From the NCBI RefSeq assembly GCF_018977255.1, contig NW_024704742.1, positions 36,086,001 to 36,150,000 of the forward strand: DNA of 64,000 nucleotides, written 5' to 3'. Below are positions 47,860 through 60,975 of this stretch, piece by piece; positions within the stretch are counted from its first letter, which is position 1, and every line of letters begins with the position of its first letter. Below the pieces are notes generated by a model that saw only the letters and a list, made by a program, of their open reading frames with translations, was not told where the DNA came from and ran no database searches. The DNA comes from Callorhinchus milii. Taxonomy: Eukaryota. Made by a program: the position numbers and the translations under genes.

Positions 47860-48960
47860 TATAAGAATTGTTCGGAGCAGGAAAAGGTCATTGGGCTCAA
47901 TCCTTTTAATCCAACAATCCCACCTATTGCCTTCACACCACAAACCATCTCTCTCTCTAAGAATGTATCTACTAATTCCCTCTTGAACCAATTTATTCTC
48001 TCTGCTTCATTGGTCCTCCCTAGTAACTTACGCCACAGGTCAATTATTCTACAGGTAAAAAAGCTTGCCTAATTTCCCTTCTTACTCCTAACTTGCTCAG
48101 TTTCAGTTTGTCCTTGATATTTGGATGTTTTACCATAGATCACAATTACCCTGGATAAACTTTGTCACTACCCTTTAAACTCTCGAAAGCTTCAACGAGG
48201 TCACCTTGAAGTCTCCTCTTCTCTACAGAAAACAAGCCACTCTAAATCTTTCCTCACAGCTTAAATCCACGACTGTTTGTGGGACACTGCTGTGTGCAAT
48301 TGGCTGTCATGTTTCACCCACAAAATACACAGTCACTCCACTTTACAATATATCCTGTTAAGCCCTTTGAGACGTCTCAACGACGTAATAAGGTGCTATA
48401 TCAAATGCAAGGATTATTATTATTATAATTATTAAATTCATGATCCAGGACCCAAAATTATTTCTGTTGCTGGATATGGTAAATGTTCAAGGGCATTATT
48501 GTCTTTCCTCTGCTTAGATGTCCAGAACCGTACATGGATTTTCAGATAAGTTCTGACTTGCACCTTATATAGTAACAAATTAACCTCTTCCAGGTCTAAG
48601 CTCTATCCCACTCCCATGTTAACCCAGTACTTTACTCAGCTTGTCAAGAGGTAGTTCCAAGCAGTATTCAGCTTACTACTGCCAAGCACTTCATATTCAT
48701 CTAAAATAGTCTTCTTTCCTGATCACAATACAACTATTCCTTTTAACACATGTTCCCTAATTTGGTTTATTTTTCTTATGTGATTAATTTGCATTTATCT
48801 ACATTGTCCGTATCTGCCATTGACTGTTGCATCCATCTAAAGATCTAATTCCACTGATTCTGACTGTATGGCTCCTCATTATTTACTTTACCATTTATTT
48901 TAGCATCATCCACGAGGTTTTGCTAATCATACCATCATCCAAATCATTAACCCTGATAGA
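47860..48960 (-). mobile_element. Old CR1 LINE fragment with a family A SINE (48266-48425, plus strand) inserted
   Basis: Minus strand GCTTGTTTTCTGTAGAGAAGAGGAGACTTCAAGGTGACCTC encodes LFSVEKRRLQGDL; CR1-like tail near 47880. Confidence 0.75.
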
Positions 48961-49534
48961 TTGCTGCTCTCTCTGCCTCAGTACAGTGTATGAATTGAGG
49001 GGAAGGGGAAAAGGGTTTTAAAATGAAGTAAAAATATAATTTTAAAAAGCCGTCTTTAACATTGATCAACTAAGGAATGCATGAAAGATGTTCAAAAGCA
49101 AATATGTTGTAAAACATGACATATTATAAGCCTTGGGGTAAAACATAAAGATAGACAACCCATCAAAGATAGACATCTTTGATCATGTGAGAGATGCCTT
49201 CCCGTACATCCACTTCACATCCACCAATCCCCAGCTGTGCAAGATTCGGTGAAAAGGGCTGTGGAAAAGTTTGCACTACAGCAGACAGAGTGGTTCCATA
49301 TTTGCAGACTTATCTGCTGCAACGCGAACCTTTCCTCAGCAAAGTTCGTGGGCTCTACAGTCCAGCCTGTTCCAGGACCCAAGTCTACCCAAAAAATGGT
49401 TCCGAAATTTGGTAGACACAATGTCAATCCTGTGTAAGGAAGACTCTAAGCATTGTGCAACCATCCTTCTGCACCTCTTTTCACAAGTTGGCACAGAAAC
49501 CATCGATAACTGCTTCCTGTGATACAATAATATA

Positions 49535-49700
49535 ATAAACCTTGGTTTTGATATAGCACACCATCGAGAAGTTCAAGCACCTCACAGGGGCTTCTGTGAA
49601 ATGTAGTGCCTATGTATTTGTAGGTGAATGTGGCAGCCAATTTGCGCATAGCAATGCCCACAAACAGATATGAAATGAATGACCAATTTGTATCTGGAGG
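49535..49700 (-). mobile_element. Deu-type SINE, 3' half
   Basis: GGCAGCCAATTTGCGCATAGCAATGCCCACAAACAG. Confidence 0.8.
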
Positions 49701-49907
49701 ATTTGTAGACAGGGCGGACAGGCTTGAATCAGGTTATGAACAATGACCAAACCACTGGGGACATACTTGCCAGCGGGGTAAGTCGGTAGAATTATTGCAT
49801 CTGTGTTGTTCGAGCACAGAACACTGACCATTTGCTCATCCAAAAATTAAACAGAAGAATCTTTTTTGTAATATAAAAAAGTTATGAAATACAAATACAA
49901 GCAACGT

Positions 49908-50385
49908 ACAACAACAACAAAATTACATTTGTATAGGCCTTTCACGTCGGGAGGACGTCCCAAGGTGCTGGACAGTTAGTGTTTTGGACCCAAGCTGGGG
50001 GTCGGGATCGGGGAGGGTGGAGGGCAGGGGAGGAAGCAGCGTGATAGAAAGCCCGGTTGAAGAGGAGGGTCTTGAGATGGGTCTTGAAGGAGGCAAGGGA
50101 GGGGGCGAGGTGGAAGGACTGCAGGATGGAGTTCCAGAGGGTAGGGGTAGAGTGGCTGAAGGCCCCCTCGTCAATGGTGGGGTGAGCGAGGCGAGGGACA
50201 TGAAACAGGCTGGAGCCTGCTGAGCGGAGGGAGCGGGTAGGTTGGTAGGGGGTTAGGAGGTTGCAGAGTTAGGGTGGAGAGAGGCCATGGAGGGCTTTGG
50301 AGGTGAGGACCAGGATCTTGAACTGTATTCTTTGTGTAACAGGAAGCCAGTGGAGTTGGGCAAGGATGGGGGTGATAGGATGTAG
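49908..50385 (-). mobile_element. L2 3' fragment
   Basis: HPITPILAQLHWLPVTQRIQFKILVLT on the minus strand; (CAA)n tail. Confidence 0.95.
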
Positions 50386-50469
50386 CAACCAACTTAACAT
50401 AGAAATTAAATAAATTGGAATCCATGGGTTGAAATGTATGACACGCGTTATGATAATTATCACTGGTGA

Positions 50470-50638
50470 TGATTATAATAATAATGATAATCCTTGCATT
50501 TGATATAGCGCTTTTCACGTCTTCTCGACATCTCAAAGCGCCTCACAGAATATACTGTAAAGTGAATTGACCGTATATTTGTGGGCGACACGCGGCAGCC
50601 AATTGTGCACAGAAGTGTCCCACAAACAGTCGTGGATT
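50470..50638 (-). mobile_element. SINE family A, 3' half, CpG-rich (probably young)
   Basis: Close match to the other family A copies with CpGs retained. Confidence 0.9.
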
Positions 50639-51153
50639 ATCACATCAAGACACATCCCTACAATTGTAATTAAATAACAGTCTATCTGCATCTGAGAATC
50701 TAGTTTCTGAAGATCATACTTATTTAGGGGTTTTATAGAGCATTTCTAGACAGAGTCTGAATATGTTTACACTACTGATACAGAAATTATGAAATGACGA
50801 GTGTTCCTCACACAGACAATGAGAGTACCCTCAGGGCGAAAAATTCCCCCTTGTTCCTTGTAGTAATCATGAGGCAGAAGGGAATAGAGGCTTTAGGAAA
50901 GGGGTTTAGGTAGTTTGGTGGATTTATGGAGTACTAGCTGTACCCATTGTAACCACATTTGCAACCAAAGAATCCACTATGGAATGTAGATTGACACACA
51001 GACAGACATTTAATCTTTACCTATACACATCTGGGAGGACTCCTGTGGGAGGACTCAGTGGGAGGATTCAACACTTTAAAAATGTAATTTTGTTGATGGT
51101 GCCGGGGCTTAGCTTCGTCTGTGTTCTTCATTTTGTTCCCGCTGCTTGCCTAC

Positions 51154-51217
51154 GTACGTGCTCTGTGATACACAATGCCACAGCACCACAGTCAGCTGGC
51201 ACGACCACCAGGTGTAA
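51154..51217 (-). repeat. Diverged tandem duplicate of the candidate exon
   Basis: GTGCTCTGTGA..CAC.ATGCCACAGC.CCAC...CGACCACC(A)GGTGTAACTGC occurs twice, offset 81-84 bp. Confidence 0.85.
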
Positions 51218-51237
51218 CTGCTTGTGTGCAAACGTAC

Positions 51238-51298
51238 ATAGGTGCTCTGTGACGCACGATGCCACAGCGCCACTTCGACTTGGCGACCACCGGTGTAA
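51238..51298 (-). CDS. Candidate 61-nt exon; peptide YTGGRQVEVALWHRASQSTY
   Basis: Long pyrimidine tract TTTTCAGTTTTCCTTTTTTTGCTGCAG, donor TAT|GTACGT, CpG-rich; ends in phase 0, compatible with the 43258-43311 exon. Confidence 0.45.
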
Positions 51299-52049
51299 CT
51301 GCAGCAAAAAAAGGAAAACTGAAAATAAAGATAGGAGATACCCAAAAACAAATATGCCCGTGTCACTCCCAGACACAAGAACTTGCCGATGAGGTATAAA
51401 TCATGTCTCTACATCAATCAGATATTGAGATTCTTCATGAAGCAAAGACAGATATTGTCGTTTTATTAGTATAGAAGATATATATATCGAAGATAGATAG
51501 AAGAAGAAGAAGATAAACACCAGTCCACACTAGTTGGGCCAAGTAGCCTGTTTCTGCCCTGCAACGTTCTATGTAATCCTATTCTATGTAATTAAATCAG
51601 ATGGGCTAAAGGGCCTTCTTCATCCGGCCCAATCTTGTAATCGTGCACCTCCACTTTATGTGCTGTGACTCAGAAACTAAGCTTTGACTAACAGCTCACC
51701 GTGGAACTGCAGAGATCCTCAAGGTCTCAATTCCCCTTGTCCCATTGAGATGAGATCAGAGCCTATTACTGAAGACGAGAGATACAAGGTCACAGGGACA
51801 CGGCACAGCTGTTTTCCTGTGATTTCAATCAGCTAAGTTATCTCAGTACAAAATCTAAGCATATGTGTCAGTATAAAGTTGAAAAGGGACTACTTACATA
51901 CTGTATGCAGTTTGGAAACTATCCACTAAGAGTATGTATATTTAAAACAGAACAAATCTAATAGAAAATTTATTTATTTGGACATCTTTGTCTGGAAGCC
52001 TTCCTAGTTTTTTGTTCCCTTTCAATGAGTACTTTTAAAAAAAAGTGTG

Positions 52050-52220
52050 ATTATTCAATCCACGACTGTTTGTGGGACACTGATGTGCGCAATTGGCTGC
52101 CGGGTTTCGCTCACAAAATACACAGTCAATTCACTTTACAATATATTCTGTGCGGCGCTTTGAGGCGTCTCAATGGCGTGATAAGGGGCTGTATCAATTG
52201 CAAGGATTATTATATTATTA
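52050..52220 (+). mobile_element. SINE family A, 3' half
   Basis: Matches the other family A copies. Confidence 0.9.
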
Positions 52221-53399
52221 TAATTACATTCACTACAGGTGCTTTGAAATTGCATCTTTTCCTTCCGAATTCCATTTCACAAACATTCTTTACCCACCCA
52301 TTTCTTCCACTTTGCTAACTGAAGCCTGCTCCACACACCTGCCCCGCTATCAGTGGGCAAGCTTTCAGATAATGGCTCTTTGCTTCTGTTCTCTGGAAAT
52401 CTCTTAATAAATCCCTCCAACTTGCACCTTCTTTCTCTGTTTTCAAAATCCTTCTAAAAACCACCTCCTTAATGCACCTATGACCACCTCATCCTAATCT
52501 TCAGGTTCGGGATCCCACTCCACCTTTGAGAAGTATTTTCAGACATTTTGCTAAGCAAAATGAACTATAAAAGCATACGTTGTTGCTGTGAGTGCAGCGA
52601 GCTTCCTGGAAAGCAAAGCAAATCACTCACCCCTTCTCCTGGACACCTGAAACACTTGTTCAAAGAATGTTTTCTCTCTGACAAAGTGACTCACATTCAT
52701 TTCAAAATCAATTGCAATTAGCAGACACAATATGGTAGAATCTTTATAGGTACCTACCGTTTGCCAAGGAGTGTTTCACTTAGATGAGGAGGAAGCATAG
52801 ATCAGCAGTTTTACATAGGCAGAAAACAGGAACAAACAAGCAATGGATTTCTCTGATGGATCAGGTACAAATGTATTTGGACTCAACAGAGCATAGAGGT
52901 CAAAAATGTTGACAGCATAACGCTAAAGCTAATGTCAAGATCAAAATCGTATTACCAAGCCTATAAAATAAGTAGGTCTTATTCTATGGACTTCAGGTTT
53001 ATGCCATGATATTAAAGAAGAATCCTGGCAGAAGGAATGGTGTTGCATTTTACATAGAATTACAGAGTGATGCAGCATGGAAACAGACCATTTGGCTGAA
53101 ATAGTCTGAGCCAGTGGTTATATTGAAACAACAACAACAACAAGGTTACATTTGTATAGCACCTTTCATGTCAGGAGGACGTCCCAAGGCGCTGAAAAGA
53201 ACATGAGAAAATAAGAACTTAATAACATTAGAATTATAATATTCCACACAAGTCCCCACCCCTCATAGTCCCCTAACCTGTAATCTTCTATTCCCTTCTC
53301 CCTCGCGTATCTATCAATTTTTTTTAGCAGGTTTGCAAACAAAAGATGTCCGACAATATGATTTGGTGGAATAACAAAAATTTCAGTCTAATAGGTGTT

Positions 53400-53765
53400 A
53401 ACCTGGTTCAACTAGCAGCAATCTAGCCTCTGAGTCAGAAGATTTTGGATGCAAGCATGACTTCGGAACTTCAAGCTCATATAGTCAAGGCTGAAACTCC
53501 AGCACAGTGCTGGGGGGAGACCTACATTCCTGTAGGTGGCGTCTTTCAGATGAGATTTTAAACTAAAATCCTATCTACACGTTCTGGTGGACATTAAAGA
53601 TAACCAAGGCATTATCCAAAAAGAGAAGGGAGTTTCTCCCGGTGTCCTGGCCAACACTCCTCCAGATAAGAAATTAGACATTCACTTCAAGGTTGTCTGT
53701 GGGACACTGCGGTGCACAAACTGGCTGATTTGTTCACCTATAGATAGTCACTACACTTCAAAGTA
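53400..53765 (+). mobile_element. Deu-domain SINE (tail resumes ~55110-55172 after an L2 insertion)
   Basis: Head ...GCCTCTGAGTCAGAAG, Deu core GTCTTTCAGATGAGA.TTTAAAC. Confidence 0.85.
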
Positions 53766-55110
53766 ACAACAACAACAAAATTACATTTATAGAGTGCCTT
53801 TCACGTCGGGAGGACGTCCCAAGGCACTGGACAGTCAGGGGTCAGAACACGAGCATGGGGGAGGGGTGGGGTAGAGGTGAGGAAGGCAGAGAGGTGGGAG
53901 GGGGCAAGGCCATGGATGGCCTTGAAAGTGAGGATGAGGATCTTGAATTCAATCCTCTGAGGGATGGGGAGTCAGTGGAGTCGAGCGAGGGTGCAGAGTT
54001 TTGGATGATCTGCAACTTGTGAAGGGAAGAGTTGGGAAGGCCAATGAGGAGGGAGTTTCCATAATCGAGCCTTGATGCGACGAATGCGTGGGTAAGGTTT
54101 TCAGCAGCCTGAGGGGTGAGGCAATGCGGAGTCTGGCAATGTTGCAGAGGTGGTGGTAGGCAGTGCCGGTCATGGGGCAGATGTGGGGGAGAAAGAAAAG
54201 TTCAGCGTCAAACAAGATACCCAGGTTCCTGACTGGCTTAGTGAGGTTGAGTGTGCAGCCGTGGAGACTGATGCTGCCAGCGCTCGAGATGCGGAGGCAC
54301 TGGCACGAGCCAATCAGGAGGGCCTCGGTCTTGCTGACTTTCAGCTGGAGAAAGTTGTCACTCATCCAGGACTTGATGTTGGACAGGCAGTCGGTCAGGA
54401 CACCAGTAATCCTGGAGTTGAGGGTGGAGGCAGAGAGATAGAGTTCGGTATCAACCGCATACATGTGGAAATTTACTGATGTCTGCGGATGATGTCACCA
54501 AGGGGGAGCATGTAGAGGGTGAAGAGGAGGGGATCAAGGACAGAGCCCTGAGGAACACCGCACAAGACGGTGCGGGGGCTGGAGGAGAAGCCGTTTGCTG
54601 AGATGAAGTGGAGGCGCTGTGAAAGGTAGGACCTGAACCAGTCAAGGACAGAACCTTGGAGGTTGAGGTGGCAGGAGAGGCGGTGGAGGAGGATTGAATG
54701 GTCCACCGTGTCAAAAGCGGCAGAGAGGTTGAGAAGCAAGAGGAGGCAGAGGGACCCCTGGTCACACATGGTCAGGATGTCATTTGTGACCTTGACCTGG
54801 CAGCACGGAAACCCAATTGGAGGGGATCATGGAGGGAGTGGGAGGAGAGGAAAGAGCGAAGCTGGGAGGCAATGGCTCTCTCAAGGACCTTGGACAGAAA
54901 AGGGAGGTTGGAGATGGGCCGGTAGCTAGATAGCTGTGTTGGGTCAAGGGAAGGTTTCTTCAAGGTGGGGGTGATAGTGGCTGTTTTGAGGGGGGAAGGA
55001 ACAGTGCCAGATGACAGGGAGAGGTTGATGATGTCGGCGAGTAGTGGGGCAAGGAGGTGGAGCTGGGAATTAAGGAGAGGGATGGGGATGGGGTCTAGGG
55101 AGCAGGTGAA
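53766..55110 (-). mobile_element. L2 LINE, RT region, 5'-truncated, internal deletions
   Basis: ORFs 54772-55185, 54473-54769 and 53949-54464: YRPISNLPFLSKVLER, LSAAFDTVDH, GVPQGSVL.PLLF, YAVDTELY. Same subfamily as 2659-4335. Confidence 0.95.
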
Positions 55111-55609
55111 ACTCTTATGAAACTCTTTGAGTCGCCTCAATGATGTGATAAATGCAAGGATTATTATTATTGTAAAGTACTCCAAGATGATGTCTTACAT
55201 GAAGGATACTATATAAATGTTATTGCTGTTGTAATGAACAAAGCATATCGTTATAGGAGTCATTGCTTCATAAAAATAAATAAATGGCACTGCATAAATG
55301 TTATTGCAGCAGCCAAATGCAGATGACAACTAGCACAAGGTCATGTTGTGCTGTTAGCATGGCCCTTGACCTGTGCAGGAAATAGCCTGGATTTGGCACA
55401 TTATAAACTGATGAACACACCAAGATATCAGCCGAACATTGAAACCTCCTTATTCAATATTAACCAGCCTCATTCCGTGGAAAACATTCCCATGCTTCTT
55501 ATAAATCATCAATTTCATTTGTAAAAGAGGTAACTGTCATCAAAAAGTGCTGTTTGTTGAACTGCCAAACCTTCTTTCGTTTGCTGATATACACAAGATG
55601 GATGAAGAT

Positions 55610-55800
55610 ACATTATGTTGAAAGACCTTGAAGAGTGAGGTTGATAGATTTTTGGTAGGTCAGGGTATTAAGGGATATGGGGAGAAAGCGAGAAATTGGA
55701 ATTGAAAGGATTAGTTGAGGTAGAGATCAGCCATGATCTAATTAAATGGCGGAACAGGCTCGAAGGGCTAAATGGCCTCCTTCTGTTCCTTTGTTCCTAT
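55610..55800 (+). mobile_element. CR1 3' end
   Basis: GATAGATTTTTG...AAGGGATATGGGGAGAA...GATCAGCCATGATC...GGCTCGAAGGGCTAAATGGCCT. Confidence 0.85.
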
Positions 55801-55867
55801 GTATGAGCCAGGAAAAGCAATGAATTGGCTGTAATATCATATTGACGAGTGAGAGCTCGGCAGAGAT

Positions 55868-56000
55868 CCTCCTACCCCTACCCTCCCTGCCCTCCACCCT
55901 TCCTGATCGAAACCTCAAGCTTGGGTCCAAATCCAGCGTCTTGGGACATCTGCCTACCTGAAAGGCACTATACAAAGGCAATTTGTTTTTGTTGTTGTTT
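55868..56000 (+). mobile_element. L2 3' end
   Basis: AGCTTGGGTCCAAA..CAGCGTCTTGGGACATC...(TTG)n. Confidence 0.75.
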
Positions 56001-56361
56001 TCAAATCTTAATATTGTGTCACATGTCAATATCATAACACAAATTGCTTTTTTTTGCATAATGTGGCATGCGACTCTTCTAGCTTTTCTCCCTTTACAAA
56101 CAAATACAATCAGTTGGTCAAACACTTTCTCTCTAAAAATCATCCTTTTAATGAAAGAAAGAAAGCCAGAAAGAGAGAAGGTCATTGGAGCCTGCCCCTA
56201 CCACGTGCAAACAAGGCTACTCTACCTTGAACTCCATCCAACCCATCTCCTGAAGCAAAGTTCTAAATAAATGCTTTCCAATTGCCAAATATAATCTAAG
56301 AAAAGGCTACATCCCCACATTTCCACAGAAGTCAAGATATCCCTTGGAGTATTTGGTTAAG

Positions 56362-56910
56362 TGAAGCCTGGCTCAATTGGTAGCACTTTTGGCTCTGAGT
56401 CAGAAGTTGTGGATTCAAGTCCGACATTGGTATTCTGAACTCACATAGTCACAATGCACTGCAATGTTGGAGGTGCCATCTTCCAGATGAGACAGAGGTC
56501 CTGTCTGCCTGTTCAGATAGATGTTAAAGATCCCATGGCCCCATTCATAGAGCGAATGGTATTTCTTCTTATGTCCTGGTCAACAAAACCCCTGATAAAA
56601 TAGGTCTTTGTTCACAACCTGTTTCCAGATTTGCCTATAATAACATAAGTGAAGTTTGGGTGTCCTGACCAGCAATTCTATAGATAAAAGTTGAGCATTC
56701 AATACAAGGCTGTTTGTGGGATATTGTTGTGTGCCAATTGGCTGCTGTGTTCACCTACAAAATACATAGTCACTACACTCTACAACAACAACAATTATAT
56801 TTATGTAGCACCCTTCATTCAGGGCTTGTGTCTCAGAGCACTTAAACAAATCCTGCAAAGGGCTTTGAGACATTTTGATGATAAGGCGCATATCGAATGC
56901 AAGTCATTAT
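56362..56910 (+). mobile_element. Deu-domain SINE, full length, with small insertions
   Basis: TGGCTCAATTGGTAGCAC...CTCTGAGTCAGAAG.TTGTGG.TTCAAGTCC head, Deu core and tail. Confidence 0.85.
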
Positions 56911-56945
56911 AATCATCATAATCTCAGCCTGCACCCATCGTACTA

Positions 56946-57850
56946 CAACAACAAAATTACATTTGCATAGCGCCTTTCACATTGGAAGGACTTCCCAAGG
57001 CGCTGGACAATCAGTGTTTCAGACCCGAGCTGGGGGTCGGGATTGAGGAGGGTGGAGGACGGGGGGGGAAGCAGAGTGATCGAAAGCACAGTTGAAGAGG
57101 GCCTAGAAGGAGGCAAGGGAGGGGGCGAGGCGGAGGGACTGCGGGATGGAGTTTCAGAGGTGGGGACAGAGTAGTAGAAGGCCCACCCTTAATGGTGGGG
57201 CGGGCGAGTCGGGTGACGTGAAGCAGGCCGCAGGCTACTGAGCGGAGGGAGCGAGCAGGATGGTAGGGGGTTAGGAGGTCGCAGAGGTAGGGGGGAGCAA
57301 GACCATGGAGGGCTTTGAAGGTGAGGACCAGGATCTTGAACTGTGTCCTCTGTGTGATGGGAAGCCAGTGGAGTCGGGCGACGATGGGGGTGATAGGGTC
57401 ACAGAGCCTGGTGCAGGAGTTGATATAGGCTGCAGATTTCTAGATGATCTGCAGCCTATGGAGGGAGGCGTTGGGGAGGCCGACAAGCAAGGATTTCGCA
57501 TAGTCAAGCCTGGATGTTATGAATGCATGTATGAGGGTTTTGGGGGTCTGCGGTGTGAGACAGTGACAGAACCGGGCGATGTTGTAGAGGTGGGGGAAGG
57601 CAGAGCGGGTCATGGCTCGAATGTGGGGTAGAAAGGATAACTGAGGGTCAAACAAGACACCAAGGTTCCGGACTGGCTTAGTAAGGAGTGTGCATCCATG
57701 GATGGTGATGCTGTCAGCGCCTTAGGTGTCGAGGCACTGACGGGAGCCAATCAGGAGAGCCTTGGTTTTATTGACATTCAACCGAAGAAAGTTAGCTCTC
57801 ATCCAGGACTTGAGGTCTGACAGACATTCTCTCAGGACAGAAGTGGTAAT
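56946..57850 (-). mobile_element. L2 LINE 3' part
   Basis: FDPQLSFLPHI...LIHAFITSRLDY on the minus strand; (CAA)n tail. Confidence 0.95.
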
Positions 57851-57964
57851 AATCTCTGATGCTATTCCCAATCTAGGTACTCATCAAGTTCTTTCCTTAA
57901 GGGGTTTCCTTCGCCTTGCCCCCTCCCTCCCCACTTTATAATCCCACCTAAAATTCTACATTCA

Positions 57965-58140
57965 ATTTAAGCACAGCAATATCCCACAAACAGGCATAAA
58001 GTGAATCACAAATTTAATTTTGGGGATTACTGGCCAGGACACTGGGAGAAACTCCCTTCTCTTTTCAAATAGTGTCAGAGGATTGTTAATGTCTTTTACA
58101 GGCAGACGGGGGCCCCAGTTTAATATCGTATTCGAAGGAT
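57965..58140 (-). mobile_element. Deu-domain SINE fragment
   Basis: TGGCCAGGACACTGGGAGAAACTCCCT...CAGGCAGACGGGG.CCCCAGTTTAA. Confidence 0.8.
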
Positions 58141-59064
58141 TATTTAATGCGCCATGTGAGCCTTTTTTCATACTAACATCTCAAAAGAATTCCGGCAAAC
58201 TGGATAAAACACATTAAAATGATCGTAAAATGGTCTAAATTGTTATTTAGTGGCAACAATGTGGGGAATAATATTGGGAAATTGATGGTTCAACATAAAG
58301 AAAACCATTTTGGGAGCTGGCCATTAAAAACAAGAAATAAAATTCAGCCCTATGTTCCTTTGCTAATGGTTGTACGTATTTTATTGATTAGAAACACATG
58401 GATTTCAACTTTCACGTATCCTTTCCCAGTACAACACATTCAAGTTACAGAGGTAATGGCAGACTGTGGATTTAGTTGGCAATGTACGAACTGATTTTAG
58501 GGAGGTTAATAAAGACTTTCAGGCATTTCTCCAGCTTCTCACTAAACCATAAATTGCTTCCTGCAGGTTCCCTAAAAAAGAATGGGCTTCTCATTTAGAA
58601 AATGGACAGATGATGCTTCTCCAATTGATCTGTACACAGGTCCCTTCCTTTATTGATTTTCAAACCACAGAGCTAATGAATAGTTTAGAAAACAAAGATT
58701 AAGCCACAAGTTCCTAGCACAAATTGAACTGCTTCCCATAGCCGGTCGATTCCTCTCAAAACTTAGCAGCTCAGGCACTATTTTCATCTCTATCTGTTTA
58801 TCCTTGGCTTCACTGGAAGCATTCTTCCAGGACTAAATCTTGAAGCATACGCCAATAAAACAGTACCCAAATTTCATTTTAAAACTCTCCTTGCTTTGTA
58901 AGGGTCAACGCATTAATGTTAATTCACCCAAACATTTAAAGTTCTGTGTTTATTCACTGCTGTGATCAGTGCAGAAATACAAAACTAATTGGCTGGTTCA
59001 CTGAATGCATGGAAACATTTTATGGTGCAGTGAAAAAAAATTTTCCTCCAATTTATTCCTTCCA

Positions 59065-59385
59065 GGCTAGGTGCACTCAAATCCTTCCATGACCTCACCA
59101 CACCCTATATCTGGGATCTCCTGCAACCCTACTACCCCAGCCGCACTTTCCACTCTACTTCATGCCCCCACTCAATCCACCTTTGGTGGATAAGCTTTCA
59201 GACATTTTGCCCCTAATCTCTGGAACTCCATCCTAGAGTCTCTCCACCTTGCCCTCCGTTTAAAGCCTGACTTAAAAAAAATTGATCACCACCACCACCA
59301 CAGCTCAGGCTCCCAATTGGCTCTATGATACATTTTGAGACATTCTCCTTATATGAAAGGTGCTGCATAATGTAACATTGTTGTG
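59065..59385 (+). mobile_element. L2 3' fragment, old
   Basis: AGCTTTCAG...GCCCC.AATCTCTGGAACTCCATCC plus tail. Confidence 0.75.
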
Positions 59386-59663
59386 GTAAAATAAGGCAGC
59401 ATTAACCTTTGGGCATTGTTTCAGAGTTGAGCACAATTTATTCAATCTGTGAGTGGGCAATGCAGATAGGAAAACGCTCTGTCCCTCCAGAAGATAGTTA
59501 ACACTGCACTTAGGTTCTTATTCTTACTTATGGCACAGTACTGCCCCGAGAACTATTCGGATGCCCTTCGTGGGCTACTCCTGTGTTTCTCTCCAACCTT
59601 GACAGTCTGGATTTGTGGGCTATGTCCCTGGAGATCCGAGGTGTTGAATCTCTAGAGGTCGAG

Positions 59664-60610
59664 GATGGAAGGAAATGACACAAAACTAGGAGGAAGTGTC
59701 AACACAGAGGATGACATTAAAAAAATGCAGCGCAACATAGATAGGTTAGGTGATTGGACAGGTAGATGGCAGATGAAGTATAATGTAGGGAAGTGCGAAG
59801 CCATCCACCAAGATAGCAAAAACAGTAGAGCGGGTTATTTTTTAGAAGGGGAGAGACTGGAATGTGTTCGCGTCCAGAGGGACTTGGGTGTCCTTGTACA
59901 CCAATCACAGAAGGTCTGCAGGTGCAGCAGCAATTAGGAAGGCGAACGGTATGTTAACATTCATTATGAAAGGATTAGAGTATAAGAGTAGGGAAGTCTT
60001 CTGCAACTGTATAGGGCCCTGGTGAGACCACACCTGGAATACTGTGTGCAGTTTTGGTCTCCTTATTTAAGGAAGGATGTACTTGCCTTGGAGGGGGTGC
60101 AGCGTAGATTTACTAGATTAGTACCAGGGATGAAGGGGATGAGTTACGAGGATAGGCTGACCAGTTTGGGCCTATATTTTCTAGAATATAGAAGAATTAG
60201 AGGGGATCTTATAGAAACCTATAAGATCATCAAAGGGCATGATAGAGTAGATAGTGGGAGATTGTTTCCCTTGGTTGGAGAAACTAAAACCAGTGGTCAC
60301 AACCTTAAAATCAGAGGACAGCCCTTTCGCACTGAGTTGAGGAAGAACTTCTTCACTCAAAGGGTGGTGAATGTATGGAACTCACTACCCCAAAGGGCTG
60401 TTGACGCTCAGTCCTTGAACATATTCAAGACTGAGATAGATATATTTCTTATTGCAAAAGGGATTAAGGGATATGGGGATAAGGCAGGGTTATGGTATTA
60501 GCTGGAGTTAGATTAGAAGATCAGTCATGATTGAATGGCTCGAAGGGCCGAATGGCCTATTCCTGCTCCTACATGTTATGTTATGTTATGCTATGTTATG
60601 TTATGTTATG
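59664..60610 (+). mobile_element. CR1 LINE, 5'-truncated; ORF2 C-terminus, (TTATG)n tail
   Basis: DTKLGG, WQMKYNVGKC, RDLGVLV, RPHLEYCVQFWSP, FFTQRVVNVWNSLP; tail at 60573-60610. Confidence 0.95.
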
Positions 60611-60649
60611 AAATCCACCCACACCAGTAAACATGCTTCCAATACATAC

Positions 60650-60975
60650 TGGAGGGGAATGGTTGTGGATCTGGATTATCCACCTCAGACCTTTGAGCTC
60701 ACAGTGCATTGTCCTTTGGATAAGACATTTAAATCAAGGTCCCATTCAGGCAGAACATAAATGATCCCATGGCACTATTCAAAAAGAGAAGGGAGTTTCT
60801 CCTGATGTTGCGGCCAACAATTTTCCAGATAGCAATTCGTCATTCACTTCATGGCTGTTTGAGGGATGTTGCTATGCATAAATTGACTGTACATTCACCT
60901 ACAAAATACATGGTTTCTACACTTAACATCATGACATGAAAAGTGCTTTAACAAATACAAAGATGATTATTATTA
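60650..60975 (+). mobile_element. Deu-domain SINE
   Basis: GATCCCATGGCACTATTCAAAAAGAGAAGGGAGTTTCTCCTG. Confidence 0.8.

Noticed and set aside
51154..51298. CRISPR-like or V(D)J recombination-signal reading of the repeat
   Set aside because: Only two diverged copies, eukaryotic context, no cas genes, and no heptamer-spacer-nonamer or V/J segments.
60573..60610. (TTATG)n microsatellite as an independent feature
   Set aside because: It is the 3' tail of the CR1 element.
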